Below, one piece after another: positions 47,832-57,436 of a DNA stretch of 64,000 bases. The notes below the pieces were generated by a model that made no database searches, was not told the origin of the DNA, and saw nothing but the letters and a program-made list of their open reading frames with translations. The DNA is from Polyangia bacterium (GTDB taxonomy: Bacteria; Myxococcota_A; Polyangia; Palsa-1104; JAEUJZ01), in contig JBGAUT010000001.1 in assembly GCA_044228505.1 (NCBI GenBank), positions 172,113 through 236,112 of the forward strand, in the 5' to 3' direction. The first letter of the stretch is position 1. Each line of letters starts with the position of its first letter. The translations under genes were made by a program, and so were the position numbers.

Positions 47832-49991
47832 TTACCAGCCGGAGAGGAGCTTCTTTGCACCGCCAGCGATGGCACCGCCGACATTCTTGGCACCATCCCA
47901 TGCAGAGCTTGCCGCACTACCGATTCCGGATGCAATGCTCTTGCCTGCCGTGCCGATCCCGGTAAGTACCGACTTGCCGGTGTCGAGTGCGCCTTTGCCG
48001 AGAGCCATCGCACCGGAGCCGATGCCCTTGATCACGGAGCCGGCTGCGTCAGCGCCTCCCTTGAGGATGCTACCGGCACCGCCTACGAGCCCCTTGCCCA
48101 TGGTGCCTAGGCCAGCCAGTGGAGAACCACTGAAGATCTGTCCTGCTCCCTGGAGGATCGAGCCGCCGCCCTGCTTGAGGCCATCCCAGGCCGCTCCCGC
48201 GCCTCTTCCGATGCCAGACAGTGCGCCGATCGCTGCGTTGCCGAGTCCGGCACCAGCCTCGCCTAGCGCTTTGCCGGTGCCGCCCACGGCTTGGAGCAGT
48301 CCGTTGCCAATTCCGTTGCCCGTATCGTGATTGGCCAGAGCGCCGGCTTTGTCCGCAAGCCACTCCGCACCGCCAACTCCGAGGTGAGCAAGACCCTTGG
48401 GAATGCCGAGCAAGCCGCGGCCGACTCCGCCTAGCACATCTTCGGCACCACCTAGCAGACCCTTGCCGGCGTTCCACAGACCCGAGCCAAGACCCTTGGC
48501 ACCTTCCCATGCTCCCGATGCGACCCCACCCAGTGCCTGACCGGCTCCTTGCAGCAGCCCACCGGCACCGCTCATGAGCCCTTGGCCCATGCCACCGAGA
48601 CCGCTCAGGAGGTTGCCGGACATCATCTGCTTGAAGCCGCCGACCATCTCCGAGCCGCCCTTTTTGGCACCATCCCAGGCGGTGCTCATCCCGCCGGTAA
48701 TGCCATGCATGGCGCTCATGAATCCGTTCTTGATACCGGCACCGACATCTTTGACGCCGCTCAGTAGGCCGCCGCCCGCCTTGGTGATACCCGTGATGAC
48801 GCCTTCAATCGGGCCACCTAGGCCATTGCCGAGAAGCTGACGGAGTCCCTCGAAGAAGTGGCGGTCGCCCTGGACATCTTTGTCGTGATGCGTGACGGAG
48901 TCCCGCTTCTGGCCAAACTCATTGTTTTCGGCGTCGATGTACTTGTTCTTTCCCTTGTCATCGACCTGGCCGGTGTTGTGGAGCAGGTTCGCAGTGTGCG
49001 AAGCGCCAATGTCACCGACTCCCGCGCCTGGAACATGGTGCTCGTAGAAGTTGCCGTCGAGCTTCTGTTCGCCAGCGCGATGCACGATGTCACTAGAGAC
49101 GTAGTGATGGTTGACCCTTACGCCATCGGCCTTGTTGGCGTTGAACTTGGCCGCGTCGGCAGCGTCGACACCGGGAGCCTGGAAGGTCGTGACGGCACCG
49201 ATGCTCGCTGCGTGTTCTGCGGCGGCTTTCTGGGCCAGCGCTCCGCCCAAGCTGTGTCCGGTGACTTCCAGCTTCTGACCCGGCGCGACTTTCATCAGGT
49301 CGTCGATCGCCTTCTTGGAGCCTTCGTATTGGCGTTGACCGATCGTGCCGTCGGTGAGGTCGCTCCGCCAGTCGACCATCTTTTCGTTGAACTCGCTGCC
49401 ACGGAACGCGACAACTGGTGCCGCTCCGGACTTGGGATCGATCGGCTCGAATCGCACGGCGTACATGCCGGAGTCGGTATTTCCCAGCGCACCGCTTCCA
49501 CGAACCTCGGGGCCGATCTTGTAGCCCCACTGCTCTAGGAATTTTCTATCTGCCGCGGTGTAGCCGCCTTCGCCGGCTTTGCCCTTGTCATCACCGTTGA
49601 CGCTCGGGTCTTTGTAGGACAGCTTGGCGGCGGCCTCGTGGAAGTACTGTTGAGCGTACTCCTCGGGAGACGCCGTCATCCCGGGCTTCCAACCGTATTT
49701 TTCGGGATTGGCGAGGACTTGCTCGCGACTGCCGAGGGTTGGCGTTGGTTTGCTGGTGGCCTCCTGGGCCTCCGGGGTGGAGTTGGTGTTCCCTTGCTGA
49801 CCAACGATCGCTTCGTTGTTGCCTTGATGGTTGCCATGGTCGACGGTGGCTCCATCCACGCCTCCCCCGTAACCACCCATGTCCCCGCCAAAGCCACCCA
49901 TGCCCCCAAAGCCGAAGCCGGGGAGCATTCCACTTGCAAACGGGCTTACGCCAGAGCTGTCACCAGACGCAAAACCAGATTCGCCAGCCAT
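47832..49991 (-). CDS. Class-3 lipase-like domain fused to long Gly-rich amphipathic repeats (candidate secreted effector)
   Basis: VAFRGSE, VTGHSLGGALA, TFQAPG, DIVH, SH; ~330-aa Gly-zipper C-terminus; no signal peptide. Confidence 0.8.
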   Translation of the reverse strand: MAGESGFASGDSSGVSPFASGMLPGFGFGGMGGFGGDMGGYGGGVDGATVDHGNHQGNNEAIVGQQGNTNSTPEAQEATSKPTPTLGSREQVLANPEKYGWKPGMTASPEEYAQQYFHEAAAKLSYKDPSVNGDDKGKAGEGGYTAADRKFLEQWGYKIGPEVRGSGALGNTDSGMYAVRFEPIDPKSGAAPVVAFRGSEFNEKMVDWRSDLTDGTIGQRQYEGSKKAIDDLMKVAPGQKLEVTGHSLGGALAQKAAAEHAASIGAVTTFQAPGVDAADAAKFNANKADGVRVNHHYVSSDIVHRAGEQKLDGNFYEHHVPGAGVGDIGASHTANLLHNTGQVDDKGKNKYIDAENNEFGQKRDSVTHHDKDVQGDRHFFEGLRQLLGNGLGGPIEGVITGITKAGGGLLSGVKDVGAGIKNGFMSAMHGITGGMSTAWDGAKKGGSEMVGGFKQMMSGNLLSGLGGMGQGLMSGAGGLLQGAGQALGGVASGAWEGAKGLGSGLWNAGKGLLGGAEDVLGGVGRGLLGIPKGLAHLGVGGAEWLADKAGALANHDTGNGIGNGLLQAVGGTGKALGEAGAGLGNAAIGALSGIGRGAGAAWDGLKQGGGSILQGAGQIFSGSPLAGLGTMGKGLVGGAGSILKGGADAAGSVIKGIGSGAMALGKGALDTGKSVLTGIGTAGKSIASGIGSAASSAWDGAKNVGGAIAGGAKKLLSGW

Positions 49992-50203
49992 TGAGAACCC
50001 CCAAATGTAACTTCTATTACATTAATAGTCGGGGCACTCGGCAAGGAAGTTGCTTCCTCCCATCGGTGCCAGGTTTGGTCGAAGCGCTGTGTTCCCGTGT
50101 CGGTTCAGGCGATAGCTATCGACCGAGGCCGTTGCATTCGCTGCTTGCACTGCTCGGTCAGAGCTTGCGAAATAGGAACGCAACCGTTGCGCACAAAAAT
50201 CCG

Positions 50204-51745
50204 ATGTCCGCACATGCGATCGATAAAAAGCCTCGCTTGGCGATGATCATTGAGGGTAGCCGCTCCCAGGCGGATCACCGTTCGCTCTCGATGCTGGCAG
50301 AGACTGCCTCCGCGATCGGGCTTTCAGTGCAGGTGCTGCACCACGGACTCGGCCGCTTGGCTCGGTTCCGGCTTCGCCAGCAGCTTCGGGGATTTTCCGC
50401 AGATCTGTATCTGGTAAGCGGTGCCGCATCGCTCACGGAGGTTCGCCGCCTGGCGACGATTGCGGGGAAGCCGGTGGTGGCGTGTTACTGGCCACACGGG
50501 GTGGTTCACAATCTGCATCTTCATAGGCATCCCGAGGATGACTCGACGAAGCGCCCGCTGCCCTCGCACGCGATCATTGGAAACGAAGCCCAGCGTCAGG
50601 CGGTGCACGCGCTTGCTTCGGGAGCGCAGCCTTGGCCGATTGAGCGGCTTCACTCGTTTCCGGTTCCTTCAGGAGACGCCGAGCCGTCACCGGAGCTGCT
50701 GCGAGACATCGTCGAACTATTGATCGAGCTGCTCGGCGAGCGTTCTCATCGCTCACTTGGCCACGGCCTGTTGAAGGCCTCCGCGGCTCGGGTGTTGACG
50801 GTGGTGGCCCGGCCCCGGACGCTCTCTTTGGCCTATCATCAAGTAGTCCGCGAGCTGCGTGGCGTGGATCCGAACCTGGTGGTCGGGGCCACGACGTTCG
50901 AGCGTCAGGTAAAAGCGCTGCTGGCTCGCGGCTACCGGCCCGTGTTGCAGGTCGACCAAGCCAAAGAGCTGCTGGGGACCGAGCCTTCCCGGGGACCGAG
51001 CTTTGCGATCAGCTTCGACGATGGTTACCTGGACACGCTCACCGTGGCCGCGCCGATTCTGAAGTCGCTTGGGGTTCCCTTTACGGTCTATTGCATCACC
51101 GACCTCATCACTGGGAAGCTCAAGCTGCCTTGGTACGAGTTGGTTCAACACTCACTTGCGTCGGCAAGCACTGCGGGTCGTGCACTTGCGGTACTGGGTC
51201 AGTTTGAGTCGCTCCGGCGTGTGTTGACGCACGGACTGCCCGGCTTTCGGCTCGTTCCTTCGGTAATGCAGGTGCTCAAAGGGCTTGCCGACGGAGAGCG
51301 AGAGAAGGTCTGTGCCGCCCTGTGGGATGAGGTAGGGAATTCGGTGTTGAGCCGACCCCAGGTGCCTCGCTACCTGGATGAGGAGTCCGTCCGGAAACTG
51401 CTCACCTTTGGGGCGGAGGTTTCGTCACATACCTGTCGACATCCAATCTTGACCCGCCTAAGCGACAGCGACCTGCTTTACGAATTGCGGGAGAGCAAAC
51501 GACTGCTGAGCGAACTGGTGGGCCAGTGTCCAGGTCTGTCCTATCCCAATGGGGACAGTGATGAGCGGGTGGAAGCGGCCGTTCAAGCGGCTGGCTATGA
51601 ATACGCCGTGCGGATCGATCAAATCGGAGGTTCGCCCCAGCGCTTTCGTTTGGGTCGGCAGATGGTCTCGGAACTGCTCGGGATGGGTCTAGACGGAAGC
51701 TTCAGCGAGAAGATCTTCCTAGCGAAGCTGCTTCGGAAGAGGTGA
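50204..51745 (+). CDS. Polysaccharide deacetylase (CE4) with N-terminal glycosyltransferase-like remnant
   Basis: LAYHQV, ISFDDGY.D, SHT..HP.L, EL.ESK, SYPNG; start at ATG 50204 (longer ORF overlaps the opposite-strand gene). Confidence 0.85.
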   Translation: MSAHAIDKKPRLAMIIEGSRSQADHRSLSMLAETASAIGLSVQVLHHGLGRLARFRLRQQLRGFSADLYLVSGAASLTEVRRLATIAGKPVVACYWPHGVVHNLHLHRHPEDDSTKRPLPSHAIIGNEAQRQAVHALASGAQPWPIERLHSFPVPSGDAEPSPELLRDIVELLIELLGERSHRSLGHGLLKASAARVLTVVARPRTLSLAYHQVVRELRGVDPNLVVGATTFERQVKALLARGYRPVLQVDQAKELLGTEPSRGPSFAISFDDGYLDTLTVAAPILKSLGVPFTVYCITDLITGKLKLPWYELVQHSLASASTAGRALAVLGQFESLRRVLTHGLPGFRLVPSVMQVLKGLADGEREKVCAALWDEVGNSVLSRPQVPRYLDEESVRKLLTFGAEVSSHTCRHPILTRLSDSDLLYELRESKRLLSELVGQCPGLSYPNGDSDERVEAAVQAAGYEYAVRIDQIGGSPQRFRLGRQMVSELLGMGLDGSFSEKIFLAKLLRKR

Positions 51746-51747
51746 GG

Positions 51748-52389
51748 CTAGTAGCGTACGCGCAGCTCGGCATTGACGTCGAGGCCAGCGACGCCACCAG
51801 GAGAGGTGCCGACGCCGCTCGACAGGTTGCCCGACAAGCCGTGGTACTCGTGTGATTCTTCGCCAGCACTGCCAGCCGCCTGACCGACCGAGGGTAGGCC
51901 CGCATCTGCAGCGGGCTCGATCTGCGGTTCGGGCTTGTCGGCTTCGACTTCGCGACCGGGAGCGGGAACCACCAGCACAGGCACCGGGCTACGCTTCGTC
52001 ATTTGCATCGAGAAGCTACCCATCAGCAGGCGCATCACCGCCCCATGACCGTGGCTTCCAACGACCACGAGGTCCGGCTTTAGCTCCTTGACGAGCTTTA
52101 GCATCGCCGTGACGGCCTGACCTGCTCGCAGGTGCAGCTCGACGTCGACCTTGCCGCCGATCATCGCCCGCATCCGCTCCAGTCGAGTGCGTGCTTCCTT
52201 GACCTCGGGAAGTTCATACGGAACGTTCATACCGACATCGGTCGGGATTTGGATGTCACCAGGTACCACGTGGGCCAGGTGCAGCACCGCGCTGGTACGC
52301 TCGGCCAGCGCCAGCGCGTGGTACATGGCCACTGCCGAGGTATCGCTGAAATCGACGGCGACCAGGATGTTCATCTTGCCGGAACTCAT
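51748..52389 (-). CDS. Universal stress protein
   Basis: ILVAVDFS, DLVVVGSHG, LMGS, PVPVLVV. Confidence 0.93.
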   Translation of the reverse strand: MSSGKMNILVAVDFSDTSAVAMYHALALAERTSAVLHLAHVVPGDIQIPTDVGMNVPYELPEVKEARTRLERMRAMIGGKVDVELHLRAGQAVTAMLKLVKELKPDLVVVGSHGHGAVMRLLMGSFSMQMTKRSPVPVLVVPAPGREVEADKPEPQIEPAADAGLPSVGQAAGSAGEESHEYHGLSGNLSSGVGTSPGGVAGLDVNAELRVRY

Positions 52390-52481
52390 CGCATGCCTCC
52401 TAGAAGTGCAACTTTATAGAGACAAGGTACTCTGTTTGCCCTGTCGCTCGAAAGAATCTTGGTGTGTCTCCACGGTGGCCC

Positions 52482-53861
52482 TCAGAGCAATAGGCCGCGC
52501 AGCACGATCGATGCAGCGGTGAAATAGATCACCAGGCCACTTACGTCGACCAATGTCGCAACAAAGGGTGCCGATGCCGCAGCCGGGTCGAGTCCCAGTC
52601 GTCTCAGCAAAAACGGAAGCATCGAGCCGACCAGCGTTCCAAACAGCACCACGCCCACCAGACTGATCGAGACGACGATGCCGACCCCGATAAAGTGCGG
52701 GCCATAGATCGCCAGCCGAGACGGCCACAGCACGATTCGGAAAAATCCCACGATTCCGAGGATCGAGCCGAGCACGACTCCCGAGAGTAGCTCGCGACGC
52801 ATGACGCGGGCCCAATCGGACAACTCTAGCTCACGTACCGCGAGTGATCGGATGATCAGCGACGTTGCCTGTGAGCCCGAGTTACCACCAGAGGAAATGA
52901 TGAGCGGGATAAATAGAGCGAGCACCACCGCCCGCTTGATCTCCCCCTCGAAATAGGCCATCGCGGTCGCCGTAAACATCTCGCCGAAGAACAGCACCAG
53001 TAGCCAGCCCGCCCGCTTCTTGATCATGTCCAGGAACGGACTGTCCATATATGGTGCTTCGAGCGCTTGCATACCGCCGAGCTTCTGGATGTCCTCCGTC
53101 GCTTCAGCCTCGGCCACATCCAGCACGTCGTCGATCGTGATGATGCCGAGCATGACGCCCTTAGAGTCGGTGACAGGGAGCGCGACGCGGTCGTACTTTT
53201 CGAAAGCCGCGACAAACTCTTCCCGATCGGCGGTGGCCGGGATGTTGAACATCTGTCCATCGCTGAGGCCTTCGACGGTAGAGGCAGGGTTGGCCATCAC
53301 CAGCGCCGCCAGCTTCAGATCGCTCAGCAGTCGCCCCTTTTCATCGATGACATAGATGACGTTGAGCGTCTCGGCCCCTTTGCCGTGTTTGCGGATGTAC
53401 GCCAGCGCCTCGGCTGCGGTCATGTCGGGGCGGACCGCGACGTACTCGGGCGTCATGTAGCGCCCGGCGGAGTCCTCGGGGTAGCCGAGCAACTGCCGAG
53501 CGATCTTGAGCTCACTGGGCGTCAGGCTGCCAAGGACGCGCTTGGTCACTTCCGGCGGTAGCTCTTCGAGCAGTCGCGTCCGATCGTCAGGTGCCATCGC
53601 GTTGACGACGTTCACGAGCTGCTCATCGGCCAGGCTTTGGACCAGCTTGGTCTGTAGCTCGAGCGGAAGATACTCAAAGATCACTGCTGCAGCGTCACGG
53701 GGCAGGATGCGAAAGACCAACGCGGCGTCTTGGAGCGGAAACTCCTCAAGGATTTCAGCGAGATCGGACGGATCCAACTGCGCAAATTCTTGGCGCAGGT
53801 GTTTCCAGTCCTTATCCCGAATCATCTTTTCGATGTCTGGCCTGAGCAGGTTTCCCAGCAT
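52482..53861 (-). CDS. mgtE: Magnesium transporter MgtE
   Basis: N-domain, YPEDSAGRYMT, CBS pair, GIITIDD, FIPLI..SGGNSGSQ, APFVATLVD. Confidence 0.96.
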   Translation of the reverse strand: MLGNLLRPDIEKMIRDKDWKHLRQEFAQLDPSDLAEILEEFPLQDAALVFRILPRDAAAVIFEYLPLELQTKLVQSLADEQLVNVVNAMAPDDRTRLLEELPPEVTKRVLGSLTPSELKIARQLLGYPEDSAGRYMTPEYVAVRPDMTAAEALAYIRKHGKGAETLNVIYVIDEKGRLLSDLKLAALVMANPASTVEGLSDGQMFNIPATADREEFVAAFEKYDRVALPVTDSKGVMLGIITIDDVLDVAEAEATEDIQKLGGMQALEAPYMDSPFLDMIKKRAGWLLVLFFGEMFTATAMAYFEGEIKRAVVLALFIPLIISSGGNSGSQATSLIIRSLAVRELELSDWARVMRRELLSGVVLGSILGIVGFFRIVLWPSRLAIYGPHFIGVGIVVSISLVGVVLFGTLVGSMLPFLLRRLGLDPAAASAPFVATLVDVSGLVIYFTAASIVLRGLLL

Positions 53862-53975
53862 GTTCGTCGCTGACGCGGACTGCTTGCCAGAACCCCCCGT
53901 CTCGGCGGACAAGGGCTAGGGCCGCGCCAGACAAAGTGTAGGCCGGGCGCGACAACCTGGGTGAGAAAAATGCGG

Positions 53976-56153
53976 CTACTTCTTCTTGCCCTTCGCGGCC
54001 TTAATTTGGGGCTGTGGTGGCGGGGAGGGCGGGGTAGAACCTGGTGCCGCAGGCTTCAGAATGACAAATTCTACGCGGCGGTTCTTTTCCCAGCATTCCT
54101 CGTTGGATTCGGTGCAGACCGGCTTGGTCTCACCATAGCCGTTGGCGACCAGTCGGTTGCCAGCCACGCCCTTTTTCTCTAGATACGCCTTCACTGACTG
54201 CGTGCGCGCTGCCGTCAGTCGGAGGTTGGCGTTATCGTCCCCGCGTTCATCGGCATGACCCTGGATCTCCAGCAACTCGATCTCCGGGTTGCCCACGAGC
54301 GTCGCTCCTACTGCGTCTAGGATCGGGAAGCTGACCGGCTTGATTGCCGCCTTGCCCGTCTCGAAGTAGACCTTATCAAGGATGTTGATCTTGCCGCCTT
54401 CCATCATGACGCGACCCTTGTCGGGGCAGCCGTCGGTGTCCTCGAAGCCGTTGTAGGACTCCGGTTCATTCGGGCACTTGTCATCCTTGTCAGGGATGCG
54501 GTCTTTGTCGTTGTCGGTCTCCGGGCAGCCATCGGCGTCTTCGAAGCCATCCTTGTCTTCAGCCTCATACGGGCACTTGTCGACTGCGTCGGGGATTCCG
54601 TCCTTGTCGGTGTCTTCTCCGTCAGGGCATCCATCCTTGTCATCGATGCCGTTGACGGTCTCGGCCTCGTTTGGGCACTTGTCTAGGTGATCGGGGATGC
54701 CGTCGCCGTCGTTGTCAAGTTCTGGGCAACCGTCGTCGTCTTCCCAGCCATCACGGTCCTCGGGATCGTCGGGGCACTTGTCTTTGCTGTCGGGAATGCC
54801 GTCGCCATCTTTGTCAGCGTCGGTTGGGCAGCCTTTGTTGTCCCACGTGCCAGGTACGTTCGGGCACCGGTCTTTGCTGTCGGGAATGCCATCGTTGTCG
54901 TTGTCCAGCTCTGGGCAGCCGTCTTCGTCTTGGAATCCGTCGAGATCTTCGGGTTCGTCTGGGCACTGATCGATGTTGTCGCGGATGCCATCGCCGTCTC
55001 GATCGCCGATCCGTGGCTCGTACACAAAGCCAAGGAAGGCCCGGGCGCGTGGGCTGCCCGTCTGTTCACCACCGTTACCGTAGACACCGGCACCGGCCCC
55101 GGCCAAAAAGAACGAGTTACGGGCCAGATATAGCTTGAGCGCGCCGAGTGCTTCGACGGGAAGTGCCTTGGCGTTGCCAGTCACATCGGCATAGCCGAAT
55201 GCCTCGACCAGAATGTCGAGTCGGTTCTGTACGACGCCGAATGCCGCTGAGAATCCGTAGGTGACCTGAGTTCCGACCGATCGGCTCAAACCTGTGCCAC
55301 CACTGGTCACGCCGGGCGTGCAGTCTCCGGTCAGCATCGTGCCGTCTGAGGGATAGCAGATCTGGCCCGTACCGAGCGCGATGCTCTTGCCGATATCCGT
55401 GAAAGTGGTGCTGCCAAAGCGAACCACGGCACCGACGTTGATGGCGGTCCGGATCCGTCTGGAGTCTCCCCACTCGCGCTCGAGGATGAGCTGAGGCCGT
55501 AGCGTGACGTTGTCTTCCCCGAGGAAGGTCTTATATCCGTCGTCATTGGCCCATTTCGAAATCGGGAAGTACGCCGAAACGAGCGCTGCGATCCCGATCG
55601 GGAAACTCGACGGATCGAGGATGCGGACCTTGGCGTGCAGGCCGATGTCCGACAGCATGACTTTGGTAAAGCGAAGCTGATCGCTCGCCGCCGCCTGGTT
55701 GAAACCACCGCAGTTTTCACCGTTTGCGTCGCATTGCTGACGCTTGCCGATGGTCAGCCCAAGTGGAATCCCGATGCCTAGCTCGACCCACTTAAATAAG
55801 CCGATAGCGAACTGAAGCTGCGGAGTGACCAAGTGGTCGACTGTAAACGTGCGAGTGTTGGTGACCACAGCAGCGCCGGGATCGCCACCGTAGCCGGATC
55901 CTCCATCTAGCTGCAGCTTGAGCGGCTGGAACGCCCACGTTCCTTGCAGTCCAAGCGAAAAGTCGAGATGTCCGAGTAGTTTTGACGAGTTCACCGTTAC
56001 GTAGCCACGCGAGTCAATCGCGGGACGGTAGAGCTGCATGTCAAAGGTCGGGTTGCGGAAGTTGTCTCTGTTCTGAGCGACGGACGTGCCTGCGGAGCAC
56101 GAGACGGCGAGAGCCGCAGCCCAGAACCAGCGCGAACGACAAATAGTCACCAC
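53976..56153 (-). CDS. OmpA-family protein: beta-barrel + thrombospondin type-3 repeats + OmpA C-terminal domain (TraB-like architecture)
   Basis: Signal peptide; D.DGDGI.D..D.CP..PED.DG..D.DGCP x6; GHAD.RG, N..L...R, GYGE..P, NRRVEF. Confidence 0.93.
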   Translation of the reverse strand: MVTICRSRWFWAAALAVSCSAGTSVAQNRDNFRNPTFDMQLYRPAIDSRGYVTVNSSKLLGHLDFSLGLQGTWAFQPLKLQLDGGSGYGGDPGAAVVTNTRTFTVDHLVTPQLQFAIGLFKWVELGIGIPLGLTIGKRQQCDANGENCGGFNQAAASDQLRFTKVMLSDIGLHAKVRILDPSSFPIGIAALVSAYFPISKWANDDGYKTFLGEDNVTLRPQLILEREWGDSRRIRTAINVGAVVRFGSTTFTDIGKSIALGTGQICYPSDGTMLTGDCTPGVTSGGTGLSRSVGTQVTYGFSAAFGVVQNRLDILVEAFGYADVTGNAKALPVEALGALKLYLARNSFFLAGAGAGVYGNGGEQTGSPRARAFLGFVYEPRIGDRDGDGIRDNIDQCPDEPEDLDGFQDEDGCPELDNDNDGIPDSKDRCPNVPGTWDNKGCPTDADKDGDGIPDSKDKCPDDPEDRDGWEDDDGCPELDNDGDGIPDHLDKCPNEAETVNGIDDKDGCPDGEDTDKDGIPDAVDKCPYEAEDKDGFEDADGCPETDNDKDRIPDKDDKCPNEPESYNGFEDTDGCPDKGRVMMEGGKINILDKVYFETGKAAIKPVSFPILDAVGATLVGNPEIELLEIQGHADERGDDNANLRLTAARTQSVKAYLEKKGVAGNRLVANGYGETKPVCTESNEECWEKNRRVEFVILKPAAPGSTPPSPPPQPQIKAAKGKKK

Positions 56154-56435
56154 GATGCTGCCTCCCCTTGGCGCACACTCTGAGATGGGTCGAATAGTGA
56201 TTTTACAAAAATACGTGTTCTTTATTACTTAAAACTCAGGATCTCTTCGTTCTCGTCTGCTCAACTCTGCGCAATGCCTCCGATCAATGTGGGTTAAGAT
56301 GCTTAAAAAAAGTGCATTGTTCGATGAGGTAGGACAACCTCCCGCATGAGCGAAGCGATGGTCCAGCGCACCTTCAGGGGTCGTGAGAATTTCTTGGATC
56401 GTTTGGTTGGACTGCCGCGTTGACTACCCCAGGAG

Positions 56436-57338
56436 TTGTTCATGCTCAGCACCGTGGCTGCCTTGCTGCTACTTGGGTCCATCGACCAAGGGATCTTTCC
56501 CGACCTTGGCAGTCGTGTTCAGATCCGTGCGCCGAGTTGGCCAGTTGGTGACGGTCCAGTTTCAGTTCGCATCGACGAAAAGCACCGTTTGATGACGCTC
56601 AGCCAAGGCAGCGTGGCGCTTTCGGCGTATCCGATAGCCATCGGTGCCGAGCAAGTAGCTGGATTTACAAAAACACCGAGCGCTGAAGCGCTGCTCTCAT
56701 TACTCGATAAAAGTGCGGCTGAAGAGGTTCGGGGACGCCTGACGGGCTCGGTATCGGTGCTGTGGGGGCCGCCTCCTCGACACGAAGATCGAGATGGCGA
56801 TGGCATCGTCAACACGCTGGATGTGCTCGTTGGAGCCAAAAAACTGTGCGAAAACAAAGCGGCGTATGCCTCAAACTACCGGGCCCTCGGTTACCCAAAC
56901 GGTGATGTGCCGCGTAGCGAGGGGGTATGTACCGATACGCTGGTGCGGGCGCTTCGCAATGCCGGCTGGGATCTGCAGAGCGGAATCCACGAGGACGCTG
57001 TCCGCAAGCCTCGGCTTTACCCACTCGAGAAGGCACCCGATGCCAACATCGATCACCGTCGCATCCGCATGATGCTGCCGTACTTTCGTCAACACTTCGT
57101 CGAGGTAAAGAAAGACGAGCCGTACCTTCCCGGTGACATGGTTTTGCTCGACACGTTCCCAAACAAGGCGGGGGCTGACCACGCCGGCATTGTTTCGGAT
57201 CGGCTCGGTCCGTCCGGGTTGCCTCTTATCGTGAACAACTGGACCGACGGGTATGTCGAGGGTGAAATGGACTTACTGCCGACGATTCCGGTGCTCTATC
57301 GGTTTCGGGTGCCGATGACACCCCGGCCTGTTCCGTAG
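56436..57338 (+). CDS. DUF1287-domain exported protein
   Basis: Y..LGYPNGDVP..GVCTD.LVRALR, DLQ..IHED, DANIDHRR, PGD, H.GIVSD. Confidence 0.85.
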   Translation: MFMLSTVAALLLLGSIDQGIFPDLGSRVQIRAPSWPVGDGPVSVRIDEKHRLMTLSQGSVALSAYPIAIGAEQVAGFTKTPSAEALLSLLDKSAAEEVRGRLTGSVSVLWGPPPRHEDRDGDGIVNTLDVLVGAKKLCENKAAYASNYRALGYPNGDVPRSEGVCTDTLVRALRNAGWDLQSGIHEDAVRKPRLYPLEKAPDANIDHRRIRMMLPYFRQHFVEVKKDEPYLPGDMVLLDTFPNKAGADHAGIVSDRLGPSGLPLIVNNWTDGYVEGEMDLLPTIPVLYRFRVPMTPRPVP

Positions 57339-57436
57339 CAACTGCGCTTTCATGCTTTGCCGTCGGTTCGCCGCTTGACACTACTTGGTCCCGTTGCCTA
57401 CGCTCCGCAGCCTGTGCGTTCCCGTGGTGCGAAATC

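Noticed and set aside
47785-48330. 181-aa Pro-rich ORF on the + strand
   Set aside because: Antisense shadow of the Gly-rich codons of the lipase gene; no independent evidence
49739-50203. Long N-terminal extension of the deacetylase ORF
   Set aside because: Overlaps the start of the opposite-strand lipase gene and reads as non-coding; ATG 50204 preferred
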